Source: Actinomycetota bacterium
Lineage (GTDB): Bacteria; Actinomycetota; UBA4738; HRBIN12
Direction: 5' to 3'
Length of the DNA stretch: 64,000 nt
Assembly: GCA_026003015.1 (NCBI GenBank)
Contig: BPGL01000001.1
Coordinates: 64,922 to 128,921 of the forward strand
In this document: in pieces, positions 8,680 through 17,056 of the stretch
Layout of the letters: every line of letters starts with the position of its first letter
Numbering within the stretch: position 1 is the first letter of the stretch
Notes under the pieces: model-generated
What the model was told of the DNA's origin: nothing
Databases searched by the model: none
Seen by the model: only the letters and a program-made list of their open reading frames with translations
Made by a program: the position numbers and the translations under genes

Positions 8680-9440
8680 GCGGGACGAAGCGTCCCGGCG
8701 AACACCTGCCACGCGAGCAGCGACTTCGCGACGAGCGACAGGACGATGTAGGCGAGCTCGCCGAACGCGTAGTCGCGCCAAGGCCCAACCTTCCGGTACT
8801 GCAGCACCATGTTCAGCGCGAAGACGTTGAAGAACACGAAGATCGAGGCGAAGATCGCGTACACGAACCCAGGCGGTCCGCCGCCCTCGTCCCCCGCGCC
8901 GAACAGGTACAGGCCGATGGCGACCCACGGGATCGCTCCAGCGAAGGACCCGAACCAGAACGCCGTCCAGTTCGTCCGCTCCGTGGTCTGGTTGTGGAGC
9001 TCCATGAGCCAGCCGAAGAGGATCATCGTGGCGTTCAGGGCGAGGATGAGGATGAGCGACGCGACGTCGTAGATGCCCACGAGCATCGCGATCACGACGA
9101 TCATCAGCGAGGCGGAGACCGAGTACTCGATCCATCGCGCGGGGTTGATCCCCCGCTCGACGTTGGCCGCGTAGCGGCGGAAGCCGGCCGGTGAGGCGAC
9201 CGAGAGGTGGGCGAGCGCGGAGAGGAACAAGAAGGCGGCCACGAGCGGCCCGATCCTCACCTCGGCGAGCGTTTCGAGGCGTGGCGCCAGGCGACCGGTG
9301 CCCGGGTCCATCTGCAGGAAGGCGCTCGTGATGGGCAGGGCGAAATCGTTCGCCAACGCCAGGACGGCGGCTCCCTGGATCAGGTGCAGCAGGGCCGCCG
9401 CGAGGTTCCAGCTTCGCAGTCCGTTTTGGTCGATCATCAT
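8676..9440 (-). CDS. Heliorhodopsin (retinal-binding 7-TM protein, inverted topology family)
   Basis: 254 aa. Segments match the heliorhodopsin 48C12 family along the whole length: NDFALP, RWIEYSVSASLMIVVIA, NATMILFGWL, FWFGSFAGAIPWV, GFVYAI and ELAYIVLSLVAKSLLAWQVFAGTLRPA. The Schiff-base Lys (in SLVAKS), the counterion Glu (in RWIEYS) and both conserved His are present. AGGAGGG lies 9 nt upstream of the start. Confidence 0.88.
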   Translation of the reverse strand: MMIDQNGLRSWNLAAALLHLIQGAAVLALANDFALPITSAFLQMDPGTGRLAPRLETLAEVRIGPLVAAFLFLSALAHLSVASPAGFRRYAANVERGINPARWIEYSVSASLMIVVIAMLVGIYDVASLILILALNATMILFGWLMELHNQTTERTNWTAFWFGSFAGAIPWVAIGLYLFGAGDEGGGPPGFVYAIFASIFVFFNVFALNMVLQYRKVGPWRDYAFGELAYIVLSLVAKSLLAWQVFAGTLRPA

Positions 9441-9468
9441 CGTTTCCCGCCCTCCTGCCTGGCCGGCC

Positions 9469-10410
9469 TCATGCTCCCGCGAGCGCGCGCTCGATCGCCT
9501 GGTCGAAGGACATCGGACGGATCTGTGGGAAGAGCGTCGCCGCTCGCTCGTCTCGAACGACGGTCTCGTTGCGCATGCCGAGCACGAGCGGCCGGGCGAC
9601 GTCGACCGACACCGAGGTGGTGAGCCCGCACCACATCGCGGAGAGCCGTGGTGTGAGCACCGGCACGCCGAGGATCAGCGGGCGCCTCCCTTCCTTGCGC
9701 GCGAGCGTCAGCATCATCTCCCGGAAGGTCAGCACGTCCGGGCCTCCCACCTCGACGATGGTGTGGTGCTCGCTCGTGGCGACGTGCCGCGCCGCCGAGA
9801 GGTAGCGCACGACGTCCGCGATCGCGATGGGCTGCGTGCGGGTGTCGACCCAGCGCGGCACGATCATGACCGGCAGTCGTCGGACGAGGTCGTGGAGCAT
9901 GCGGAACGAGGCGCTCCGGGCGCCGATGACGATGCCGGCGCGGAGCTCGACGACCTCCGGGCCGTGCTCGGCGAGGATCCGCCCCGTCTCGTGACGGCTG
10001 CTGAGGTGCGCCGACAGGTCGTCGTCGTCTCGCCCGAGCCCTCCCAGGTACACGATCCGGCGGACGCCGGCCGACGCGGCCGCACGCGCGAAGTTCGTGG
10101 CGCCCTCGCGGTCGCGGGCTCGGAAGGCCGCCCCGGCGCCCATCGAGTGCACGAGGTAGTACGCGACGTCGACCGCTGCGAGCGGCTCGACGAGCGTTCC
10201 CGGGACGAGGACGTCGACGCGGGCGGGAGGAAGCCCGGGCCAGCGCTCGGCGAGCGCCTCGGGGTTGCGACCGGCGGGGGTCGGCCGCTCGCCCAGCGAG
10301 AGCAGGTGGTCCACCAGGGCCGAGCCGATGGCTCCGGAGGCTCCGACCACGAGGGGGCCGGCGCGGGTTCTTGCCCATGGATCGCCCGAACTTAGGCGTC
10401 GCCTCGTCAC
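9469..10410 (-). CDS. NAD(P)H-binding NmrA/YbjT-like atypical SDR family protein
   Basis: N-terminal Rossmann motif VVGASGAIGSALV. The rest resembles NAD-dependent epimerase/NmrA-like proteins. It starts at a GTG and lies 28 nt upstream of the heliorhodopsin on the same strand. Confidence 0.65.
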   Translation of the reverse strand: MTRRRLSSGDPWARTRAGPLVVGASGAIGSALVDHLLSLGERPTPAGRNPEALAERWPGLPPARVDVLVPGTLVEPLAAVDVAYYLVHSMGAGAAFRARDREGATNFARAAASAGVRRIVYLGGLGRDDDDLSAHLSSRHETGRILAEHGPEVVELRAGIVIGARSASFRMLHDLVRRLPVMIVPRWVDTRTQPIAIADVVRYLSAARHVATSEHHTIVEVGGPDVLTFREMMLTLARKEGRRPLILGVPVLTPRLSAMWCGLTTSVSVDVARPLVLGMRNETVVRDERAATLFPQIRPMSFDQAIERALAGA

Positions 10411-10498
10411 CCGGTCGCTGGTCGGGATGCGGCGGCGCGTGGTCGAACGCCGCCCCGATCAGAGCCGGGGGATCGGTCACGCGATCTGCTCGGCGACC

Positions 10499-11437
10499 TC
10501 ATCCTCGAGCTCTCCGGGGCTCTCCCGTTGATCTTTGCGTCGCAGGCTGGCGAAGAAGCGTCCCCGTCGTGCGCTGCTCGATGGAAACGCGGTCCCGGAA
10601 GGCCTCGGTGACCCGATCAAGGAAGATCGCAAGGATCACGACGCAAAGGCCGCTCTCGAACCCCAGACCGATCTCCAGCCGGGTGACCGACCGCACCACG
10701 AGCGCGCCGAGTCCCGGTGCGCCACCCAGGCCGGCGATCACGACCATCGACAGCGACAGCATGATCACTTGGTTCACACCGGCCATGATCGTGGGCATCG
10801 CCAATGGGATCTGTACCTGGCGAAGCGTCTGCCCGGTTCTCGAACCGAATGCGTCGGCCGCCTCGACCACCTCCCGGTCTACCTGCCGGATCCCCAGCTC
10901 GGTCAGGCGGACGGCCGGGGGGAGGGCGAAGATGACGCTCGCCACCACGCCGGGTACGACCCCGACGCGGAAGAAGATCACCGCCACGAGGAGGTAGATG
11001 AACGCAGGCATCGTCTGCATGAAGTCCAGGATCGGCCGCATCGTAGCGCTCACGGCGCGGCTGCGGGCTGCCAGGAGTCCGAACGGTACGCCCAGCGCGA
11101 TCGCGACGCCGGCGGCGATCAGCACAAGCGCAAGGGTCTGCATCGTCTCGCTCCAGAAGCCCATCTGATCGACCAGCAGGAAAGCCAGCGCGGTGAACAC
11201 CGCAAGGCTCCAGCCGCGGATCGTGAGTGCGAGCAGCGTGAAGAGTGCGATCAAGGCCGCGGCCGGCGGACCCGTCAGTACATCGGTCAAGGCTGTTACG
11301 AAGAACGATGTAGCGTCGGAGACCAAGTCGAAGACCGGGTCGAGGGTCGACGTGATCCATCGGACCAGGCTGTCAACCGGGCTCGCCAGGTCGACGTCGG
11401 CCAGGAGCTCACGTGGCATCGGCAGCCTCCTCCTCAC
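10499..11437 (-). CDS. proW: Glycine betaine/proline ABC transporter permease
   Basis: 312 aa, multi-TM, with OpuAB/ProW signature regions. Its start overlaps the end of the upstream ATPase gene. Confidence 0.8.
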   Translation of the reverse strand: MRRRLPMPRELLADVDLASPVDSLVRWITSTLDPVFDLVSDATSFFVTALTDVLTGPPAAALIALFTLLALTIRGWSLAVFTALAFLLVDQMGFWSETMQTLALVLIAAGVAIALGVPFGLLAARSRAVSATMRPILDFMQTMPAFIYLLVAVIFFRVGVVPGVVASVIFALPPAVRLTELGIRQVDREVVEAADAFGSRTGQTLRQVQIPLAMPTIMAGVNQVIMLSLSMVVIAGLGGAPGLGALVVRSVTRLEIGLGFESGLCVVILAIFLDRVTEAFRDRVSIEQRTTGTLLRQPATQRSTGEPRRARG

Positions 11438-12608
11438 CTGCGATCGCGGCCAGCAGCGTCGCCCGGGGTACCACTCCCAGCAGGCGGCGCTCGTCGTCGA
11501 CCACGGCGATGGGCACGCGATCCTGTGCGGCGAGCCGCGACAGGTTGATGAGCCGAGTGGAAGGATGAACCTCAGCGTGCTCGCGGATCAAGACATCCCT
11601 CACCCGGGTCTTTCCCTGCGAGATCGCCTGGGCGATCCGGTGGTCCTTGGCCACACCGAGGATCCTGCCGGCTGGATCGAGCACGTACAGGGCGTTCTGC
11701 TCCAGCTCGCTCAGCTTGTTGAGCAGGTCGCGGAGGTCGTCGTCGGGCGAGGCGGTGAGGAGCGGCTTCTTCATCACCTGCTCGGCGGTCAGGCATCGCG
11801 AACGGTCGACGTCGGAGATGAAGTCGGCGACGTACTCGTTGGCTGGCTCTGCGATGATCTCGCCTCCGGTGCCGACCTGTACGACGGCCCCGTCGCGCAT
11901 CACGGCGATGCGGTCCCCGACGCGCATCGCCTCGTTGAGATCGTGGGTGATGAAGACGATCGTCCGCTTAAGGTCCCGTTGCAGATCGAGCAGCAGGTTC
12001 TGCATGTCCCGACGGATGAGCGGGTCGAGGGCGCTGAACGGCTCGTCCATCAGCAGCACGTCGGCATCCGTTGCGAGCCCACGAGCGAGGCCGACGCGCT
12101 GCTTCATGCCGCCCGACAGCTCGTGGGGGAACGCGTCTGCGAAGTTCGTGAGCCCGACGATCTCGAGAGCTTCCATGGCGCGACGCCGACGTTCCGCTGC
12201 ATCGACACCCCGCACCTGAAGCCCATACGCGGCGTTTTCCCAGACCCTCCTATGAGGGAACAGTGCGAAGTGCTGGAAGACCATGCTGATCTTCGTCATC
12301 CTCAGCTCGCGCAGCTGCGAGGCAGACATCCTGGTGACATCCTCGCCATCGACCTCGACCGACCCCGAGGTGGGGTCATGGAGGCGGTTGATCATGCGGA
12401 CCAACGTGGACTTGCCCGAGCCGGAGAGCCCCATGACGACGAAGAGCTCGCCTTCCTCGATGTCGAAGCTGACATCGTGGACCGCGATGAGGAGCTTCTC
12501 TTTGCGGAGGATCTCGTCGCGGGTCATACCGCGGGCGAGCAGGTCGAGTGCCCGCTCCGGCTGCTTGCCGAACACCTTCGTGACGCCGCGCAGCGAGATC
12601 TTGTTCAT
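11409..12608 (-). CDS. proV: Glycine betaine/proline ABC transporter ATP-binding protein with tandem CBS domains
   Basis: Walker A GLSGSGKST, ABC signature LSGGMKQRV and a C-terminal CBS pair, which is the ProV/OpuAA architecture. Confidence 0.85.
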   Translation of the reverse strand: MNKISLRGVTKVFGKQPERALDLLARGMTRDEILRKEKLLIAVHDVSFDIEEGELFVVMGLSGSGKSTLVRMINRLHDPTSGSVEVDGEDVTRMSASQLRELRMTKISMVFQHFALFPHRRVWENAAYGLQVRGVDAAERRRRAMEALEIVGLTNFADAFPHELSGGMKQRVGLARGLATDADVLLMDEPFSALDPLIRRDMQNLLLDLQRDLKRTIVFITHDLNEAMRVGDRIAVMRDGAVVQVGTGGEIIAEPANEYVADFISDVDRSRCLTAEQVMKKPLLTASPDDDLRDLLNKLSELEQNALYVLDPAGRILGVAKDHRIAQAISQGKTRVRDVLIREHAEVHPSTRLINLSRLAAQDRVPIAVVDDERRLLGVVPRATLLAAIAGEEEAADAT

Positions 12609-12807
12609 CGTGTCGGCGCCATCCCCCTTCGCGGTCGACGCATCTCTTCAGATCACTGGATCCGCTTAGGCCGTATCGAACCCCATCGCGTGTCCGAGTG
12701 CCAACCGCTCTGCAGTGGCATCCCTGGTGCCCGCACGGCTTCGCGCTCGATGCCGACCCCGCCCACGACGGGTTCCACCTCGCGGGTGGGCCTCAAGTCT
12801 CGACGCG

Positions 12808-12834
12808 AGAGGGCCCCGATCGACGGGGCCCTCT
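12808..12834 (-). terminator. 11-bp perfect stem-loop just downstream of the proX stop (intra-operon attenuator/terminator candidate)
   Basis: AGAGGGCCCCG-atcga-CGGGGCCCTCT, about 30 nt after the proX stop on the minus strand. There is no U-tract. Confidence 0.4.
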
Positions 12835-12863
12835 TCGCCGGTCCTCGTGGTTCCGCGCTCGGA

Positions 12864-13775
12864 TCAGGACAGCCATGCCTCGACGACGGAGCGGTTCTCC
12901 TCCAGCCATGCCTTGGCCGACTCGAGCTCTTTGCCCTCGGGCCCGTCGACGAGGATCGCGACCTCCAGGTCTGCGAGCGTGGCTCCGTCGAGCTCGAAGT
13001 TCTGGAGCCATCCGGCCACCTCGGGGAAGTCCTCACGGAAGCCCTTGCGGGCGAGCACGTGGATCTCGTCAGGCTGGCCGAGCGCACCCTCGGGATCCTC
13101 GAGGTTCTTCAGGTCGTACTTGCCGTATGCCCAGTGCGGCTCCCACAGGGTCACGACGATCGGCTCCTGCGCCGAGTAGGCCTTGTCGAGCTCTGCGAGC
13201 ATCGCCGGGGTCGAGCTCTCGACCAGCGTGTACTCGTCCTCGAGGCCATAGGTGGGCATCACCTCCTCGCGGGAGATCCGCATCAGCCCAGAGCCGGCCT
13301 CGATCCCGACGATCCGGCCATCGAACATGTCGGCCTTGCCTTGTAGATCGGCGATCGAGTTCACGTCATCGACGTACGCCGGTACGACCCAGGTGAGTGG
13401 CGCTTGGTCGTACCAGACCTTCAAGTCGTCGATGTCCTGGCCGAACTGGGCCCAGTAGTCCGCGTGGGTGGCCGGGAGCCAACCATCGAAGAACAGGTCG
13501 ATGTCACCGTTGGCCAGACCGGAGTACAAGCCTCCGACCTCGAGCTGGGTCACCTCGACGGTGTACCCCCGCTCCTCGAGGATCGCCTGCCACAGGTTCG
13601 TGACCGCGATCGCCTCATCCCACGGGATCAGGCCGATCCTGATCGTGCCACCACCGGTGCCGGCATCGCCGCCGGCCGTGTCCCCCCCGTTCCCGCAGGC
13701 GGTCGCCACGATCGCCACCACGGCGAGCACGGCCAGCATCCGCAGAGAGAGACGTTGCTGCCTCCGTGCATCCAT
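12864..13775 (-). CDS. proX: Glycine betaine ABC transporter substrate-binding lipoprotein
   Basis: Coding starts at the ATG at 13775 (MDARRQQ...), behind a GGGGAGGAGGGG ribosome-binding site. It has a lipoprotein signal (LAVVAIVATAC) followed by an OpuAC-type binding domain. The longer ORF start at 13949 is an artefact. Confidence 0.8.
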   Translation of the reverse strand: MDARRQQRLSLRMLAVLAVVAIVATACGNGGDTAGGDAGTGGGTIRIGLIPWDEAIAVTNLWQAILEERGYTVEVTQLEVGGLYSGLANGDIDLFFDGWLPATHADYWAQFGQDIDDLKVWYDQAPLTWVVPAYVDDVNSIADLQGKADMFDGRIVGIEAGSGLMRISREEVMPTYGLEDEYTLVESSTPAMLAELDKAYSAQEPIVVTLWEPHWAYGKYDLKNLEDPEGALGQPDEIHVLARKGFREDFPEVAGWLQNFELDGATLADLEVAILVDGPEGKELESAKAWLEENRSVVEAWLS

Positions 13776-13810
13776 GCGGACCCCTCCTCCCCAGCGCCCG
13801 AACGACATTG

Positions 13811-13828
13811 ACACACACACACACACAC
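13811..13828. repeat. (AC)9/(TG)9 dinucleotide microsatellite in the proX 5' leader
   Basis: Perfect acacacacacacacacac, 36-53 nt upstream of the proX ATG on the transcribed strand. Confidence 0.9.
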
Positions 13829-14075
13829 CTAGATCGGCATTTGGTCGCGGAGCGGCAGGTTCGGACAAGGACTTCGTTGCGCAGCGTGCAACATGGCGCA
13901 TGTTTCTTGCTGGCTTCCGGGCCCTGGATCGCTTCCGGCTCACGCGCAAATCGCGCGAACGGAGATGAACCCGATGCGGGTAGATCTGGCCGTGTCCAGC
14001 GGGTTCGCCGGGGTTGTGCCGAGCGCTGAAGAGCCGGAGGGCACGGTTGCGGTCCTTCGGTGAGGTGCGGGGACC

Positions 14076-14101
14076 GGGACCGGCCGCGCCCGGCCGGTCC
14101 C
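14076..14101 (-). terminator. GC-rich perfect hairpin downstream of the hypothetical gene 14112..14681
   Basis: GGGACCGGCCG-cgcc-CGGCCGGTCCC, 10 nt after the stop codon. There is no U-tract, as is usual in high-GC genomes. Confidence 0.45.
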
Positions 14102-14111
14102 GGTTCAGCGG

Positions 14112-14681
14112 TCAGTCGATGAACAGTCCGTTGTAGATGCAGTCGGCGCCGCGCATGTGGACACCCGCGCTGACGCGGGCGATCAGAACGTCACCGCGCG
14201 GCGACTCGGCGATGACCTCCTGGTAGTAGTCGTAGCCGTAGTAGCGCGGCATGGTGTCCGACGGCTCATACCCCGACCACCGCCAGAGGCCGTCCGCCCT
14301 GTCCAGGCGGGTGTCGGTCTCGTTCGAGGCGTCTGTCGAGAACGCGAGCGCGTTGTCCACGAGCGCGCGGAGGCCATAGGCGGCCTCCACCTGCCCGCCG
14401 CCGAGGTCGAGGCATCGCGCGACGACCTTGAAGGCTGCGTTCCGGTAAAGGGTGACCTGCTCGCCGACCGACAGCTTCACCCGGTCCACGGTGTACACAC
14501 CGCTCCTGGCCGCGAGCCCCTGGCCTGGGGCGGCCGTCGCTCCCGGCGCGCTCCGAAGCACGGCGACGAGCGCGACGAGCGCGACGAGCGTGACGAGCGC
14601 CGCAACGACGCTCCACCGAGGGAGTCGCAGCACGACGGGGTCGTTCACCCCTTGCCCTCCTTTCCGCCGAGCCCCTTGCAC
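14112..14681 (-). CDS. Hypothetical membrane-anchored/secreted protein
   Basis: 189 aa with an N-terminal TM/signal segment (WSVVAALVTLVALVALVAVL) and a diverse, protein-like composition. No family was recognised. Confidence 0.5.
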   Translation of the reverse strand: MQGARRKGGQGVNDPVVLRLPRWSVVAALVTLVALVALVAVLRSAPGATAAPGQGLAARSGVYTVDRVKLSVGEQVTLYRNAAFKVVARCLDLGGGQVEAAYGLRALVDNALAFSTDASNETDTRLDRADGLWRWSGYEPSDTMPRYYGYDYYQEVIAESPRGDVLIARVSAGVHMRGADCIYNGLFID

Positions 14682-14878
14682 GAGGGGCCAGCTCCTGACC
14701 TGTCGCGCTGTCTATACCACGAGCAACGGCAGGACACGGGGAGCACGAGGCGGTGGCCCAGGTGGTCTCAGGGCCGAGGGAGTCGCTCCGTCACCTCGTT
14801 GTCGATCCCTCCGCGACGACCATCCCGGCTATGGCCGATCTCCCGGGTCCCGCGTCCACGTCCCGGGGAACCAGAGCG

Positions 14879-14951
<73 letters not shown>

Positions 14952-15012
14952 TCGTGCCCACCAGGCTACCGCCTCGCCCCGGCGGCCGGCAGGGCGCGGC
15001 TATGCTCGGTGC

Positions 15013-15386
15013 GTGTCCCCGCGCGTGCTCCTCGTCGACGACGACCCCGTGATCCTGCGCCTGCTCGAGGTGAACTTCCGACTCGAGGGCTTCGAGGTGG
15101 CGACGGCCTCGAGCGGCGAGCAGGGGCTCGAGGCGGCCCGGCGCGAGCCCCCCGACGCGGCGGTGCTCGACGTGATGATGCCGGGCCTCGACGGCTACGA
15201 GGTCGCCCGACGCCTTCGCGACGAGGGGACCGCTGCGCGACCCACCAGCTCGTCTTCCTGACCGCGCGCGGCGTCGAGGCCGACCCGCAGCCCGAGCTCG
15301 CTGGGATCGAGCGCGTCGCCAAGCCGTTCGACCCGGCGGCCCTCGTCCGCCTCGTGCGGTCCCGGATCGGGGAGCCGCAGGGGTGA
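15013..15386 (+). pseudogene. Single-domain CheY-like response regulator receiver, interrupted by a frameshift near 15238-15242
   Basis: The N-terminal 76 aa of the receiver (LLVDDDPVILRLL...LDVMMPGLDGYEVARRLRDEGTAA) are in frame 1 and end at a TGA at 15261. The receiver's C-terminus (THQLVFLTARG...KPFDPAALVRLV) continues in frame 0 up to a stop at 15386, which overlaps the argS start. Confidence 0.55.
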
Positions 15387-17056
15387 TCGAGGACGAGCTG
15401 AAGGAGCTGCTCCGCCGCGCCCTGCAGGCGGCCGCCCCGGGGCTCGGGCTGGATGGGGAGCTCCCCGAGCCGGAGCTGTTCACCCCGCGCCAGAAGGAGC
15501 ACGGCGACGTGGCGACGAACGTCGCCCTCGCGCTCGCCGCCCGTGCCGGTCGTCCACCGGTCGAGGTGGCGCGCGCGATCGTCGAGGCGCTGCCGCCGGC
15601 CCCGTTCGTCGAGCGCGTGGAGGTCGCCGGCCCCGGGTTCATCAACGTGTTCCTCGCCGAGCGTTGGCTCGTCGACGTCGTGCGGGCGGTGGCGGCGGCG
15701 GGGGAGCGCTTCGGGTGGGCGCCGCCCAGCGGTCGACGCGCCCAGGTCGAGTTCGTGAGCGCGAACCCCACGGGACCCCTGCACATCGGGCACGCGCGCA
15801 ACGCCGCCCTCGGGGACGCCCTCGCGCGCCTGCTCGAGGCCGCCGGGTGGCAGGTCGAGCGCGAGTACTACTTCAACGACGCCGGCGGACAGATGGACCG
15901 GTTCGGACGCTCGGTGGAGGCGCGCTACCTCGAGCTCGTGGGCCGCGAGGCCGAGGTGCCCGAGGACGGCTACCACGGCGAGTACGTGCGCGACCTCGCC
16001 CGCGACATCCTCGCGGCCGAGGGACCGGGGCTCGCCGACCTGCCCGCGGACGAACGGCTCGTTCGGCTGCGTTCCGAGGGCGTGCGCCGCGTCCTGGCTC
16101 AGATCGAGCGGACGCTCGAGCGGTTCGGCGTGCGCTTCGACTCGTTCGTCTCCGAGGCCTCGCTCGCCGAGCGCGGCGAGGTCGGCGCGGCGGTCGATCG
16201 CCTGCGCGCCGCCGGCTACGCCTACGAGGCCGACGGGGCGGTGTGGTTCCGCTCGACGGCGTTCGGGGACGACAAGGACCGCGTGCTCGTCCGGTCCAAC
16301 GGTGTTCACACGTACTTCGGCGCCGACTGCGCGTACCTCATCGACAAGTTCTCCCGGGGGTTCGACCGGTTGGTGTACGTGTGGGGGGCGGACCACCACG
16401 GCGACGTCGCCCGGCTGCGGGGGGCGGCGGCCGCTTTGGGCTACGACCCGGAGGCGGTGGAGATCGTGCTGTACCAGTGGGTGACGTTCCGCCGGGGTGG
16501 CGAGCCGGTCGCGATGAGCAAACGCGCCGGCACCTTCGTGACGCTCGATCAGTTGATCGACGAGGTGGGGGCCGACGCCGCGCGCTGGCACCTGCTCACG
16601 TTCAGCAACGACGCCGCGATGTCCTTCGACATCGACGAGGTGAAGCGACGCTCGATGGACAACCCCGTCTACTACGTGCAGTACGGGCACGCGCGCATCG
16701 CCTCGATCCTGCGCAAGGCGCGCGAGGCGGGGGTCGAGCTTCGGCCGATCGCCGAGGTCGACCTCGATCTGCTGGCTCATCCGAGCGAGCTCGACCTGCT
16801 GCGCGCGATCGCCGGGGTGCCGGGCCTGATCGCGACGGCGGCCTCGATGCGCGCGCCGCACCGGCTCACGCACGCCGCGCACGACCTCGCCGGTCGGTTC
16901 CATCGCTTCTACACCGAGTGCCGCGTGGTCTCCGACGACGAGGCGCTCACGCAGGCCCGCCTGTGGCTCGCGCGAGCCACCCAGCTCGTGCTCGCGGGCC
17001 TGTTGGGTCTGCTGGGGATCGGGGCCCCCGAGCGGATGGAGCGCCCCGATGCCTGA
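15383..17056 (+). CDS. argS: Arginine--tRNA ligase
   Basis: 557 aa with the class I HIGH motif (ANPTGPLHIGHARN) and argS-specific regions. The GTG start overlaps the upstream stop (GTGA). Confidence 0.9.
   Translation: MIEDELKELLRRALQAAAPGLGLDGELPEPELFTPRQKEHGDVATNVALALAARAGRPPVEVARAIVEALPPAPFVERVEVAGPGFINVFLAERWLVDVVRAVAAAGERFGWAPPSGRRAQVEFVSANPTGPLHIGHARNAALGDALARLLEAAGWQVEREYYFNDAGGQMDRFGRSVEARYLELVGREAEVPEDGYHGEYVRDLARDILAAEGPGLADLPADERLVRLRSEGVRRVLAQIERTLERFGVRFDSFVSEASLAERGEVGAAVDRLRAAGYAYEADGAVWFRSTAFGDDKDRVLVRSNGVHTYFGADCAYLIDKFSRGFDRLVYVWGADHHGDVARLRGAAAALGYDPEAVEIVLYQWVTFRRGGEPVAMSKRAGTFVTLDQLIDEVGADAARWHLLTFSNDAAMSFDIDEVKRRSMDNPVYYVQYGHARIASILRKAREAGVELRPIAEVDLDLLAHPSELDLLRAIAGVPGLIATAASMRAPHRLTHAAHDLAGRFHRFYTECRVVSDDEALTQARLWLARATQLVLAGLLGLLGIGAPERMERPDA

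Noticed and set aside
13808-13836. TTGACA followed by a 17-nt spacer on the plus strand, as a plus-strand promoter
   Set aside because: There is no credible plus-strand gene downstream, since ORF 13766..14029 is low-complexity. The hexamer is produced by the (AC)n tract.
13776-14080. Possible c-di-AMP (ydaO/kimA) riboswitch in the long leader of the osmoprotectant operon
   Set aside because: The transcribed strand lacks the conserved GAAUC, ACGGGGA and CCCGA elements of the ydaO class. Only generic GC hairpins and the (TG)9 tract are present.
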